Virus record (IMG/VR): IMGVR_UViG_3300025133_000032
Strand: one strand, 5' to 3'
Length of the DNA: 64,000 bases
From: a virus
How positions within the stretch are numbered: the first letter of the stretch is position 1; each line of letters opens with the position of its first letter. The translations under genes were made by a program, and so were the position numbers. This document shows positions 1 through 10,490 of this stretch, piece by piece. The notes beneath the pieces were generated by a model that saw only the letters and a list, made by a program, of their open reading frames with translations, was not told the DNA's origin and did not search any database.

Positions 1-1332
1 ATTATCACGCAACTCTTTTATATCAACGCTTTTTACGTTTTTTGAACCCTTCAGGTATGTTCGAAGCTGCTTTCTTTGCTCTTTTGTTAGCGTTAATGCT
101 GAATCTACGTCCTCAGCCGTCGAAAATAGCTGTTGCTCACCACGAATCTCTTTAAATCCTGCTGGTCGTTCTTGCCCCAGCTTCAATCTAACGTCAGCAA
201 TCTTTTTTTGTAATTCTCTTACTGCACGAGCTGCTTCTATATGCTTGCCTCCGTCGGCGAGCCTTACAACACGTAAATCCGAAGCTCCTTTCGTAAATAA
301 TTTCAGTTTAATTTTAACTTCACCACTCTCTGTAAAGCTAAATGATGAATTTACGATGCCATACTTCTGTTTTGATCTCATCGAATTAATTAAATCACCA
401 AAAACATTTTCTCCCGTCACATCAGGATGACTCCACCCATACTCGATTAATAACTCAGTATTACTGTACAGATCAGGCTTAATGAATTCTGCAATCTCAG
501 TCAATCTTGATCTATCATGCAGTGTTATATCAAGATTGGCAGATCTATACGCAAAAAATCCAACCTGGGGTGTCACATCAATAGTAAGTTTCTCTATCGA
601 CATGAATGGCCTGAATTTATCTATAACTGGTGACGCCCTGTCAGTGTCAAAAGAAACGTCTGGGTTTACAAGCATTTGTGGTGCAGTAAATAACTCCATG
701 CCTGACGTCGTTGTCACTTCTTCGCTGCCAGCAGATGCGCCACGTAAGCCTAAAACCAACCGCTTGTCAGTATTCGTAACACTTGCTGCGCCTTCTAGAA
801 ATTTTACCAATGATAATGCTTGGACGTTGTTATTTTTTGATATCGGAGGTCTATTAGACTGCACCTCAATAGATAAAAGTGGCACACATCTACTAATTTC
901 GATAGATGGAATAGAATTTAAGAATAACGACACCGCATTAACGTCACGACCTGCTGGGGTTATCTGGATGTCATTTAGCTGGACTAGTGATAATCTTTCT
1001 GAGTTGTCTGCGCCTACTATATTTGACATCACATTTTGTGAGTCCAATGAATTGCCATCGACGTAAACAGACAGCAACTCTTCTATTCTTTTTTTAGTAG
1101 CAGGAGATTTTGACGAAAAGGATTCAAGCTCCTTTAAAATCTGCGTTGATGTTAAAGAGCCCTCAGCAACAGATATGACAAGAGATGCAATTTTACCTTC
1201 AGGCGTCGTATTAACTGATGAGTCGGGTTTCACGGAGGGTGTAAGTGCATGTAATACAACATCCTCGCGTGTAGAAATATCAAAATACTTCTCTAAACCC
1301 TTTACGGCACGTTGCAATTTCTCATTGGGCAT
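1..1332 (-). CDS. Baseplate hub-like/tail protein, truncated at window start
   Basis: Not in the ORF track. ATG at 1332 overlaps the stop of the upstream gene (TAATG). Reads MPNEKLQRAVKGLEKYFDIS and later HDRSRLTEIAEFIKPDLYSNTELLIEYGWSHPD. Lies downstream of the LysM-like baseplate gene. Confidence 0.55.
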   Translation of the reverse strand, partial: MPNEKLQRAVKGLEKYFDISTREDVVLHALTPSVKPDSSVNTTPEGKIASLVISVAEGSLTSTQILKELESFSSKSPATKKRIEELLSVYVDGNSLDSQNVMSNIVGADNSERLSLVQLNDIQITPAGRDVNAVSLFLNSIPSIEISRCVPLLSIEVQSNRPPISKNNNVQALSLVKFLEGAASVTNTDKRLVLGLRGASAGSEEVTTTSGMELFTAPQMLVNPDVSFDTDRASPVIDKFRPFMSIEKLTIDVTPQVGFFAYRSANLDITLHDRSRLTEIAEFIKPDLYSNTELLIEYGWSHPDVTGENVFGDLINSMRSKQKYGIVNSSFSFTESGEVKIKLKLFTKGASDLRVVRLADGGKHIEAARAVRELQKKIADVRLKLGQERPAGFKEIRGEQQLFSTAEDVDSALTLTKEQRKQLRTYLKGSKNVKSVDIKELRDN

Positions 1333-1628
1333 TACCCTACGATCTCCTTAATCTGCCCTAAGTCTGTTGGGATTACTATTCTTGTCCCGGGTGGGACTTG
1401 TAGGCCCCACCCTATTCCTGATGCTGCAGCTATTATCCACCAGCTCTGTGAATCGCCATAATATATACCTGCTAAAACATCCAATCTTTCATTTCCCTGA
1501 AGTGTTCTGACTGTGGTTTCAAGTTGTCCCGCGTCCACCGCACTTTTAATGATACGGCTTGCGCTTGAAGTCCCTTGTTGCAAACCACCAGCAATAACTG
1601 GTGCTCTAGAATATCTGCGTATTGCCAT
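1332..1628 (-). CDS. LysM/tail-X-like baseplate wedge protein (gp53-like)
   Basis: ERLDVLAGIYYGDSQSWWIIAAAS...VPPGTRIVIP signature; position in the baseplate module. Confidence 0.8.
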   Translation of the reverse strand: MAIRRYSRAPVIAGGLQQGTSSASRIIKSAVDAGQLETTVRTLQGNERLDVLAGIYYGDSQSWWIIAAASGIGWGLQVPPGTRIVIPTDLGQIKEIVG

Positions 1629-4600
1629 TAAAACCCTCTCTTTTTATTAGACTTGTTAACTTCTAAATGTGCCTTGCTATATTCACTATCACTTGCATCG
1701 TCGTCGAATGGATCACCTGCAACGGGTTTCGCAATCTTTCCAACTGGATAAATTGGTGCTCTATTAAACCCAGCATCATCAAGTCCAGGAGTGATATCAT
1801 GAATTGGGTGAAAGGCCATCGTTATCTGTGCCCACTGCGGAGCCCTTCTCCCAAGTGTAGTTTCCCACCTTGGCGTTTTCCAGTCTACACGCATTGATTT
1901 TATCACACCCGCTAGGCCACGTCCTGCGACCGACTCAAATGATCTAACAATAGAGTTATTTTTAGCCGTGAAGAAGTCTTCAACTGCTTGTGATTCGGGT
2001 GTTGGTTGGGCGCTATTTGCGGATTCTGCATCTGCAATTTGCGCATTTAGATAAGGTATATTCGGTTCTAGTGAACTATGATCAATGAGATAAGGTCCAG
2101 ATGATACACCTTCAGCCGGCTGCTCTAATGTAAACTCGTATGTTGTAATTTGCTTATTCGAGTGAGGATGTGAAGTTAGAGTTCTGCCTGTAATATTAAC
2201 ATTAAGTGGATTTGTTGTATCCCGTAGTGCTTGTTCACCAGCAATCTTAAGCTTTAAAACTCCTTTTACAGGTTTTAAGATTGCTTTATCACCTATAAAA
2301 TAGCCAGCTGATTCAGGGTCTTGGACACTCGATGGATTTGCAATCTGTCTTTTAATTGCATCACCAATTTTTTGTAAATTCGCTGCAAACTCTTCCTCTT
2401 GACTTTCCTCGATAACGGATTCTGAGCCATCAAGACTAAAATCTGATGTCCCCAAGCCAAAAAGCCTTGCTAAAGCAAACTTCGAATAATTTGATCTAAA
2501 TAAATCTCCGAGCCTTAAACGAATCATAGGTGATGAGGTCATAACTTGGGAGAAGGGCTGGATAAATGTGTCACTACCAGCTTCTAACTTCTTGCCCTTC
2601 GACCATTGTGGATACAGCAACGTCACAAGCTTATTTATTTTCCACCACATTATGTCAAAATCTTCTTCGTTCGTTGATACAACCCAAAATGATAAATCAA
2701 TAGCTCTTTTGGTGCTTTTATATACCATTATAGGATCCACTCTGCCAGCAAACTGCCCATCATTGTATGCTGCATCATAATTATCACTTACTGATGAGAG
2801 GAATGCATGGAATGATGTTATCTCGTTTGTTCTAAGATCATGGAAGTAGAAAGGAACGTATTCCGCCTCGAGCTTGTCTTCAATCTTTTTTGCATTTTCC
2901 GAACTTATTCTTTTGGTCGCTACTTCAATTTTTGCAGATGATAATGAAGCAAGTGCGGACGTAGCATTTACAGTGGGCGATGACAACAAGCTTGATGCTT
3001 TTATCACACTTGCAGGTAGTAAATAGCTTGATAAAGTTGAGGACGTGCGCCAAGCTAATTGCGTCGCTCCATCTTTAGCGCGACTCTTCATTATATGCGT
3101 CGCAGTATTATCAGTCAATCTATCTATTGTAGAAATTTTCCCAGAATCAGGAAGGTTTGTAGGGTTACCTAATTGCCCAATTGCATCTGGTGTTAGAAAG
3201 CCCTGATTCTCTAACTCTATTATTCCATCACCAAGACCAGCAAGAACATTTAAGAATGCAATAATCTTTGAAGATGATATAACATCCACCATCCCTAGTA
3301 ACGCCTGGACACCTGAAAGTGGTGTTGTTGAACCGGAAACAGCGTCTACTAGTCCAGAAATGATGCGTGATGTAGATCTGATTATCGAGCGTACCAATAC
3401 AGCATAGTAGCCAGGTGATTTTATGACTTTAACAAAACTGGTTCCATCAAACTCAAAGAATACGTCAATACCACGATTTACCGCAGTTAAATAATCATAC
3501 TTCGTGGTTGCAATCCCGAAGCTACTTCTATCTACTAAACCACCTCGTGCATTTGCTCTTGCAGATGAGGCGCCCATTGGACGGATGTCACGCTCTGCGT
3601 TTGGAATTGACTTATCATTAATAGGGTCAGGAGAAAATACTAAATTAATTAATGATAGAAACCCTTCAACTGCGAGCTTAGCAGCGATTACCAACGCAGC
3701 GCCTAATATTATCATGCCCACGGGTGCGAATCCGCCGAATGGTTCTAGGAATGTGTTTAGATTGCCATATGACCCGCCTATAACAGAACCAGCTTCGTCG
3801 AATACAAGATCACTCTCCAATCCAGCTCCGCCTGGAGGTGCTCCTTGCGCCTCAGTTAAATCACTGGCCCATAAAGATTTTTGATCTAGTTTTGTTACTG
3901 CTAACTGTGCTTCCCCCGGGATAATCGCAGCAGTGCTGATGCCTATGTCTGTCGGATCACCATCCCTACCTATAAATTCGCCGGTCGAGCGTAGCATCAA
4001 TGCAAGGCCAATTTTTTTCATTTGTTCATATGAAACATTTCCTGCTCCATTATCGTATGAACCAAGCCTAGCTTGTGATTTGCCGATAGATCTTGTATCT
4101 ATCGATTTAGTAGATGATGAAATTGAACCAGCTTGAACAAATGGCGTTTCGCCCGACGGGTTGAATCTATTTTTCTTTAATACGGCTGAGAGCTTTCTTT
4201 GTATCGAGCCAGCTTCTGATGGCGTTTTCTTGGTGGCAAATCCATCACCATGGTTCACTGCGGTGCCATCCTCATTTATAGATCTGCCCCCTGGGTTTCC
4301 GATGATGTCACGCAACATATCATGCAGACCCTTTTCAGGGTCTGTGATTGCTGCTATATCTTCGCTTGTAAATGTTTGACCGAGAATTCCCAGGCTCGAT
4401 AAAAATTCAAGTGATGCAAAAATGTCATTGTTGCTTGTTGATAGCGGCGCGGGTGTTCCATCTTCGTTTCTTATTGACGTTACATTGGCCTCACCAGAAA
4501 CCGTATATGCATTCCCATCCCTCTGATCAGATGTGATTGAGGAGATGTATTCTGACATCTCCTCAATTGACATCGGCGCCGGAGATTGTGCAGGTACAAT

Positions 4601-4705
4601 TCTTGTATCGGCTTTTTTTAGAGGGATATCATCTCCTCTCTTTGTTGTATTTTGTGGGCCCGTACCAGTTACGATGATAGACCGTTTTTTACCCTTCTCA
4701 GTCAC
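1628..4705 (-). CDS. Baseplate/tail tube initiator-like protein (1025 aa)
   Basis: C-terminal half FHAFLSSVSDNY...GRVDPIMVYKSTKRAIDLSF resembles tube-fold baseplate junction proteins; lies between tape measure and LysM genes. Confidence 0.6.
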   Translation of the reverse strand: MTEKGKKRSIIVTGTGPQNTTKRGDDIPLKKADTRIVPAQSPAPMSIEEMSEYISSITSDQRDGNAYTVSGEANVTSIRNEDGTPAPLSTSNNDIFASLEFLSSLGILGQTFTSEDIAAITDPEKGLHDMLRDIIGNPGGRSINEDGTAVNHGDGFATKKTPSEAGSIQRKLSAVLKKNRFNPSGETPFVQAGSISSSTKSIDTRSIGKSQARLGSYDNGAGNVSYEQMKKIGLALMLRSTGEFIGRDGDPTDIGISTAAIIPGEAQLAVTKLDQKSLWASDLTEAQGAPPGGAGLESDLVFDEAGSVIGGSYGNLNTFLEPFGGFAPVGMIILGAALVIAAKLAVEGFLSLINLVFSPDPINDKSIPNAERDIRPMGASSARANARGGLVDRSSFGIATTKYDYLTAVNRGIDVFFEFDGTSFVKVIKSPGYYAVLVRSIIRSTSRIISGLVDAVSGSTTPLSGVQALLGMVDVISSSKIIAFLNVLAGLGDGIIELENQGFLTPDAIGQLGNPTNLPDSGKISTIDRLTDNTATHIMKSRAKDGATQLAWRTSSTLSSYLLPASVIKASSLLSSPTVNATSALASLSSAKIEVATKRISSENAKKIEDKLEAEYVPFYFHDLRTNEITSFHAFLSSVSDNYDAAYNDGQFAGRVDPIMVYKSTKRAIDLSFWVVSTNEEDFDIMWWKINKLVTLLYPQWSKGKKLEAGSDTFIQPFSQVMTSSPMIRLRLGDLFRSNYSKFALARLFGLGTSDFSLDGSESVIEESQEEEFAANLQKIGDAIKRQIANPSSVQDPESAGYFIGDKAILKPVKGVLKLKIAGEQALRDTTNPLNVNITGRTLTSHPHSNKQITTYEFTLEQPAEGVSSGPYLIDHSSLEPNIPYLNAQIADAESANSAQPTPESQAVEDFFTAKNNSIVRSFESVAGRGLAGVIKSMRVDWKTPRWETTLGRRAPQWAQITMAFHPIHDITPGLDDAGFNRAPIYPVGKIAKPVAGDPFDDDASDSEYSKAHLEVNKSNKKRGF

Positions 4706-4708
4706 AGG

Positions 4709-4918
4709 TTACGAGCCCCCTTTCTTAACTTCAGCAATAAATTCTGGATCGGTCATTTTCGACTCAATCATATCTAGGTTGGAACCGATCTCATCAAAGA
4801 ATGCAGAGATTAGCTTTTCTACTTGGGCCCTGACCTCTGGATCTGCTGACTTCATGATCGCATTATACTTAGCATCTCCAGCTATTTTTTCTAAAAGCTT
4901 GTCTTTATTGGAACTCAT
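4709..4918 (-). CDS. Hypothetical protein (69 aa)
   Basis: Overlaps the tape measure stop and fills the operon gap. Confidence 0.6.
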   Translation of the reverse strand: MSSNKDKLLEKIAGDAKYNAIMKSADPEVRAQVEKLISAFFDEIGSNLDMIESKMTDPEFIAEVKKGGS

Positions 4919-7900
4919 CTTGATATCTCCGTCGTAACAACACCTGACTCAGCAAGAACCTTAACTAATTTATCTGCCTCCATTGTAACATTTAAGTTAA
5001 TGATGAATTTTGAATCTCTGTGCTTAATAGTTAGTTCATCACCCTCGATGCCTAACTTATCACCCAGCTGCTTTAGTTTTGCGTCTATGTCAAGCGTCTT
5101 TATACTCTCGACTGTATCAGAAACTGCGCTTGCTTCTTTTACCAAGTCGTCGATTGCACCTGTAGCCTGTAAAGTGCTTGTTTTTCTTGCTTTGCGTATG
5201 AAGGCATTGTCTAATTGGCTAATTTTATCGAAAGCTGATTTTACACGTGTTACGCCAATCTTTGAGGCTGCTTCCAAGGCGTCAGGAATCCCCCTGACGC
5301 CTACCCCTACTCCGGCCGCCATGTCCTTACCTATCGACATCATCACTTTTGAAGGAGAAGCGATTCCAAGCGCCTTTTTAATCTTGCTTATACCGCCCTT
5401 AAATGGTGCTGACAACGTTGTCCCTATACCTTTGAGACCGCCAACTAAGCCTTTCATAATATTAGAGCCCAAGTCTTTCCAGTATTTAACTGTGAAAAAT
5501 TCGCCGACGTACTCCAATGCATCTTCCGCCATAAGTTTCATCATTTCGAATATTAGCCCGATATATGATGAATAACCGCCCATGCCTTTTATCATGACTC
5601 TAAAATCATTTAGCTTTTCACCAAGAAATCCAAAAACATCACCTATTAGCTCAAATGTGTCGCCCAAAAATTCAAAAATTGGCGCAAGCAATCCACCAAT
5701 TAACGGAATAGACTCAGAAAAGCTTGACATTCGTTTAAACATTCCAGATATAATATGTGATACTACAGAAAGCACTTTAGCTGCTATCTCAAGGAGTCCA
5801 GGGATTAATGTGCCTTGAATAAAATCAAATAACCAAGGGATGCCTTTCATGACTACTGCTCCCAATAATCTTTCGCCTAAGTTATAGAGCATAGGGATAC
5901 CTTCGGTTATCGCAGTATAAAGTGAAGCTAGTAGTGCGGAACCAAACTCCAAGGCTTTTAACTTTATTACACCCATATCACCACTGAATATTGCTTTGGC
6001 GAAATCACCCAATGAAGCAAGCAATTTTATACCTGCATCGAGCTGTTTCTTGATATTCATAAAAACAGCTGGCCCGAAGATAGTCTTGATATATCCTCCA
6101 GCTGCTTGTGCGAACTGCCCAATCCACCTACCTGCAGTTTCCGATGTGCCTTTACCAAGGAGACCGAATGTTAAAGTATCGATCATTCCTGCAGCAGCAG
6201 ATGCCATTGCAGCAGATGTACCTGCCCCGAACTCTTTTGTGAATGTCGGCCCGAACTTTTTCATGCCTGCAGAGACGCCTACACCAAGTGCAGCAAACAT
6301 ACCAATTAGTGCAGGAACCCACAAGAGTGGATTAAATAATACCGAGCTTACTGCTCCGGCGGCAGCAGCGAATGAAGAAGCAGCCGTGCCACCAGCGAAA
6401 GCTGCGATTAATGCTTCACCGAGTGATACTACGAGAAATGAAACACCAGCCTTTATTACGCCAGCGGAAAACATCGTTGCAAAGAAAAGAGCACCGATGG
6501 CTACGGCGCCCTTCATGACAGACGGCTCAATTTTTTTCCAAACGTCATTTAAGATTTTTTCAATCTCTGGTTGGATTATCTTTATCAGTTGACCCATAAC
6601 GAGCCCTATACCTCGTCCGAACTTCTTAAATCCTTCTATGAATTTTTTGCCTTTGCCCTCAGCGTCCAAGATGCCGAAGCTATCTTCTAGATCTGATAAC
6701 AGATTCCCGACAGTTTTTACGTCGCCTGTTATAACTGAGGAGAAGAAACTTTTGAAACTTTTTTCTACTGATTCAATGAACTTCTTAAATTCTGAGCCCT
6801 TCTTTGACACAGAGAAAAAGTCATTAAGAACGTTGACCATGTCTTTTACGCCTGGGAACATATCAACGAATATCTTGCCTACCCGTATGCCTATCATATA
6901 CGTCTTTCGAAGTGCACCATATAAACCAGTTAGCATTGTACGAAAATCTTTCGCACCGAAGACGCCACGTGCAAAACCATCAGCGAACGCTGTAAGAAAC
7001 CCAGTAAACTCCCTGAACGGTTTTATTATTCTTTCTATGCTACTAGCTAACTTTTGAACTGCTTGTGCAGTCGTTATTTGCCTGTTCTGTGCAATCTTAC
7101 CCTGTTTTTCCAGCTGGGCCATCGTTACGCCCATATTCTTTTGTGAAAAAACGGTCCTTGCAGTTTCTGCATTAAGGCCAGTTGTTTGCGAAAGAAGCTT
7201 AAGCTCCTGCCTTGTCAGCTTCTCCGCACTTTGACCCGCGGCGAAAAACCCGCGCCTTAACTCTTCCAGTCGATCAGCAGGATTCTCAGCCCTCATTAAC
7301 CTAATTGCGTCGACGTTTGCGCCGAAGGCTTGCGAAAGTTTTGCAGAGCTTATCGCGGCGGACTCGAATGTGTCAAATTGTTCGACAATACCAAGAAGTG
7401 ATTTAAATTCAATACCAAGCTTTTTCGAATAAACAGATACCTTAGCTAAAGCTCTTGGACCAAGGTTTCCGAAATTTTGAACGTCTTTAGACATAGCCGC
7501 TATATCGCGACCGATGTTCTTAATAGAAAGCCCAAAAGCATTACCAAAAGAAAGTGCGTATTTTGATGCATCTCTTAATTCTTTTTCTAGAGATGAACCC
7601 ATGGCAAGTGCTTTTCTTGCCAAACCGCCCATATCCTCTGCTGTCGCTCCAAGCCCCTTCTGCATCAGCAAAATAGCTGTGCCAACCGGTCCAGAAATCT
7701 CCCTCTTGAACATTTCAAATGAACCATTCATACCCTGGGCTAGCTTATTGACATAGTCAAGACGCTCAGCAAGATTTCCAAAAACTCTATAACCAGTTAA
7801 ACCAGATTTTTCAAGTTCGCCAGTCAAACTTTTTGCAGTAGATACTACAGCTAGGCCCGGCCCAGAAACAAGATCACCAAATGCTTTTCGAACCTCTTCA

Positions 7901-8448
7901 GTAGATGTAGCAATTGCTTGCATGATTCCGCGGAGTTTGTTCGCGGTCATTATTAGACCATCCAAAACACCTAGCGGGATGCTTAAAATTGCCTTACCGA
8001 TATCGAGGAATGCACCAGCAACAGACATTGTTAGTCCAGTTAGTGACTTTAGTAGATTTATCGAAAACATAAACCCAGACGCTAGACCATCTAAGAAAGC
8101 TAACGCTGCAATTTTTGCTTTGGGTATTTCACCGCTAAAGGCTAGAAGCATACTTTTCATACCCTTCATTGAGCCCTTAGACTTTAAGAAGGCTTTTGCG
8201 ACAGCTCCCATTGATGAAGAAACACCAACACCAGTCTCCTCTGCTGTAGCAGCAGCTTCGCTCAATGCTTCATTCATACCCCTGATTGACTCAGTGACAT
8301 CGCCAGTATCTGCGCCCTCAAGAGCCTTAACAAGCCCAGCAGCTAAACCGATCTGCCCTTTGAGCAGCTCAGACTGCGTTTTGAGCATTTTGGTGCGACT
8401 TGTAGCAAGCTTATTAAGCTGTTGCTGTATTTCTATCTGGGAAGCCAT
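4915..8448 (-). CDS. Tail tape measure protein
   Basis: 1177 aa, helical and Ala/Gly/Leu-rich with hydrophobic segments and LGIASPSKVM motif; downstream of the tail chaperone. Confidence 0.85.
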   Translation of the reverse strand: MASQIEIQQQLNKLATSRTKMLKTQSELLKGQIGLAAGLVKALEGADTGDVTESIRGMNEALSEAAATAEETGVGVSSSMGAVAKAFLKSKGSMKGMKSMLLAFSGEIPKAKIAALAFLDGLASGFMFSINLLKSLTGLTMSVAGAFLDIGKAILSIPLGVLDGLIMTANKLRGIMQAIATSTEEVRKAFGDLVSGPGLAVVSTAKSLTGELEKSGLTGYRVFGNLAERLDYVNKLAQGMNGSFEMFKREISGPVGTAILLMQKGLGATAEDMGGLARKALAMGSSLEKELRDASKYALSFGNAFGLSIKNIGRDIAAMSKDVQNFGNLGPRALAKVSVYSKKLGIEFKSLLGIVEQFDTFESAAISSAKLSQAFGANVDAIRLMRAENPADRLEELRRGFFAAGQSAEKLTRQELKLLSQTTGLNAETARTVFSQKNMGVTMAQLEKQGKIAQNRQITTAQAVQKLASSIERIIKPFREFTGFLTAFADGFARGVFGAKDFRTMLTGLYGALRKTYMIGIRVGKIFVDMFPGVKDMVNVLNDFFSVSKKGSEFKKFIESVEKSFKSFFSSVITGDVKTVGNLLSDLEDSFGILDAEGKGKKFIEGFKKFGRGIGLVMGQLIKIIQPEIEKILNDVWKKIEPSVMKGAVAIGALFFATMFSAGVIKAGVSFLVVSLGEALIAAFAGGTAASSFAAAAGAVSSVLFNPLLWVPALIGMFAALGVGVSAGMKKFGPTFTKEFGAGTSAAMASAAAGMIDTLTFGLLGKGTSETAGRWIGQFAQAAGGYIKTIFGPAVFMNIKKQLDAGIKLLASLGDFAKAIFSGDMGVIKLKALEFGSALLASLYTAITEGIPMLYNLGERLLGAVVMKGIPWLFDFIQGTLIPGLLEIAAKVLSVVSHIISGMFKRMSSFSESIPLIGGLLAPIFEFLGDTFELIGDVFGFLGEKLNDFRVMIKGMGGYSSYIGLIFEMMKLMAEDALEYVGEFFTVKYWKDLGSNIMKGLVGGLKGIGTTLSAPFKGGISKIKKALGIASPSKVMMSIGKDMAAGVGVGVRGIPDALEAASKIGVTRVKSAFDKISQLDNAFIRKARKTSTLQATGAIDDLVKEASAVSDTVESIKTLDIDAKLKQLGDKLGIEGDELTIKHRDSKFIINLNVTMEADKLVKVLAESGVVTTEISR

Positions 8449-8514
8449 ATCAAACCCTCGTGTTAATAAGTATTATGTTAGACGAAACGTGTACTTATTA
8501 ATAAATGTTCAATA

Positions 8515-8796
8515 CTAGAGAGGGAAAGGAACGCCGAGCTTTTTTTCGAAGTCACTTGATGTGGCATTTTTTGCTTGTAGCTTGTTCATAATCGTCTCTG
8601 CGGTTGCACCGGGACGATTCAATTCTTCTTGAAACTTCTTTGTTGCAATTAAAGCTGCCTTGACGACCTCGACCTGTTCAGACGTTCCGTGTATCTTTAA
8701 ATTAGATATTTTGCCAAGTGCTGAGGCTGCGACACCCGCAAGAAATAGTTTTCCTACAGTACTAATGCCAAAATCGTCGAATATACTTTCATTCAT
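8515..8796 (-). CDS. Hypothetical protein (93 aa), tail module
   Basis: AGGAG Shine-Dalgarno upstream; co-oriented between chaperone and tape measure. Confidence 0.7.
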   Translation of the reverse strand: MNESIFDDFGISTVGKLFLAGVAASALGKISNLKIHGTSEQVEVVKAALIATKKFQEELNRPGATAETIMNKLQAKNATSSDFEKKLGVPFPL

Positions 8797-8814
8797 AAAA
8801 ACTCCTATGTTTAA

Positions 8815-9057
8815 CTATTGAAGAAACCTTTGCATGTTATCAGATATTTGCTGATTTTCTCTTGGAGTATGATTTCTAGGAACATTAGGCGATGCATCAT
8901 TTTCATCACCCTTTTGCAACTCCCTGTTTGTTCTGTTGATGAACCAGCGCCTGTATGTAACTGGGATATTCCAAGCAGCCTCGAATGAAAAATTCGAGTG
9001 CCACATCAACAGAAAAATGGGTTCTAGAAAAATTTCATGATCACTCGGCGTTAGGCC
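8815..9057 (-). CDS. C-terminal extension of tail assembly chaperone, reached by a probable frameshift
   Basis: Frame is open from 9057 (GLTPSDHEIFLEPIFLLMWHSNFSFEAAWNIPVTYRRWFINR) and overlaps the end of the upstream gene at a T7 run. Confidence 0.7.
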   Translation of the reverse strand, partial: GLTPSDHEIFLEPIFLLMWHSNFSFEAAWNIPVTYRRWFINRTNRELQKGDENDASPNVPRNHTPRENQQISDNMQRFLQ

Positions 9058-9883
9058 AAAAAAAGTTGGCCCCTAAGGGCATCGTTACCTCCCACTCATT
9101 GTCACATTTAGAGCATGTCATACCATGTTCCATATCGATACCAGGTTCATTATTCTGTATATATTTTAGAAGATACTGTGAATCAGCGGCCGGCATTGTA
9201 GGGATTGCTCTTGCCAACTCTGCGCGATCGGTGACGCCATTAATCGACACAATTGATGCCAGCAGACCAGATGTAATCAATTCGCTACTAGCATCACCAA
9301 GAGACTTCTTTCTCTTTGTAGAAACCAGCGTCATTTCTTCTTCATCATGACCAGTTAAAAATCTAAATCTAACTAGATACTTTGACATCGGTAATCTTGT
9401 TTCGAACACATTTGTATTTGGCTCGACTGAATCTATATTCAATTTCTTTAATTCAAGCTTATTTAATTCAAACGTCCTCTCTTCTTTATGAGTACAATTC
9501 GGGCATTCAACCTTTGCTGGATATGAAGCGCCATACCCTGAAATTCGTAGGGCGATCATAAGTGTGTTTCTATCGCCGACGAGCATTTCTCTTACGTCGA
9601 TCGCTTTGTTTACTAAACTTGAATTTAGTAGATGAGACATTAATGTCCCTTTTTTCGCAAGGGCTGCATTAGTTAAGATGTTTTCTTGTGCTGCCGTCAT
9701 TGCGTTGATATCAATTGCTACACTATCACATAATGCACTGCCTTGTGGGTAAACAGCACCCTGTGATGGAACAGGAACACTAATGGAGGGAACATTAAAT
9801 GTTAAACCACCAGGCGGAGCACTAGACATTTCATCTACTGCAGCTTTCTTATCAAAAATTTCATTTTTTCTAGTTTTTCCCAT
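9041..9883 (-). CDS. Baseplate hub/tail assembly chaperone (T4 gp26-like)
   Basis: VPVPSQGAVY, MTAAQENILT, GDRNTLMIALRISGYG, two CxxC pairs and C-terminal FFWP. Confidence 0.8.
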   Translation of the reverse strand: MGKTRKNEIFDKKAAVDEMSSAPPGGLTFNVPSISVPVPSQGAVYPQGSALCDSVAIDINAMTAAQENILTNAALAKKGTLMSHLLNSSLVNKAIDVREMLVGDRNTLMIALRISGYGASYPAKVECPNCTHKEERTFELNKLELKKLNIDSVEPNTNVFETRLPMSKYLVRFRFLTGHDEEEMTLVSTKRKKSLGDASSELITSGLLASIVSINGVTDRAELARAIPTMPAADSQYLLKYIQNNEPGIDMEHGMTCSKCDNEWEVTMPLGANFFWPNAE

Positions 9884-10067
9884 ATTACCCCACTATTTTA
9901 TATCATAGCATTCAAAAGTAAATACTACCTAGTGTAAAGTTATGGAAAGATTATTTGTTACATTAGCACTCAAAGCATGCATACGAGATGCCAGAATGCT
10001 CTCTAATCGCTGTTAATGATGTATGTAATAAACACATCATATGAAAATTCAATGTATAAGATGTACA

Positions 10068-10439
10068 TTAGATTATTGTGACGTCACGAATGCTGACTAG
10101 TATCTCGACTTCATCAGCAGGCTCGGCTTCTGCATCTATTCTTGTTACAATAACATTCGCTTTATTTGACTCGTCAAAGTAAATGATGCCTGTATCCCCA
10201 TCAGCAACAACCGCATTTGAACCAGAGCCTATAAGCTGCGCTGTTACTCTATACTGGCCATAGGGTAGTCTCTTATTAATGTCATATTCAACTTCATATT
10301 TTCTACCAGATCCGCCACGGCTCCCAATTCTACGTGCGGGTGCGTCACCGACTGTAAATACTAAAGCTAAACCATACCCACGGGTAATAATTTTGCCATC
10401 GGGCCCAAAACCTCTTGTGATTATCTGTGCGTTTGCCAT
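10068..10439 (-). CDS. Hypothetical protein (123 aa), possibly virion-associated
   Basis: N-terminal IITRG(F/Y)G duplicated; late-type motif variant upstream. Confidence 0.6.
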   Translation of the reverse strand: MANAQIITRGFGPDGKIITRGYGLALVFTVGDAPARRIGSRGGSGRKYEVEYDINKRLPYGQYRVTAQLIGSGSNAVVADGDTGIIYFDESNKANVIVTRIDAEAEPADEVEILVSIRDVTII

Positions 10440-10490
10440 CTAGTCCTGTGTTTATTATAAATAATAAATAAGCTTTATATAATTATGAAT

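Noticed and set aside
9942-10016. 24-codon plus-strand ORF (MERLFVTLALK...)
   Set aside because: No Shine-Dalgarno and no homology evidence; too short to support.
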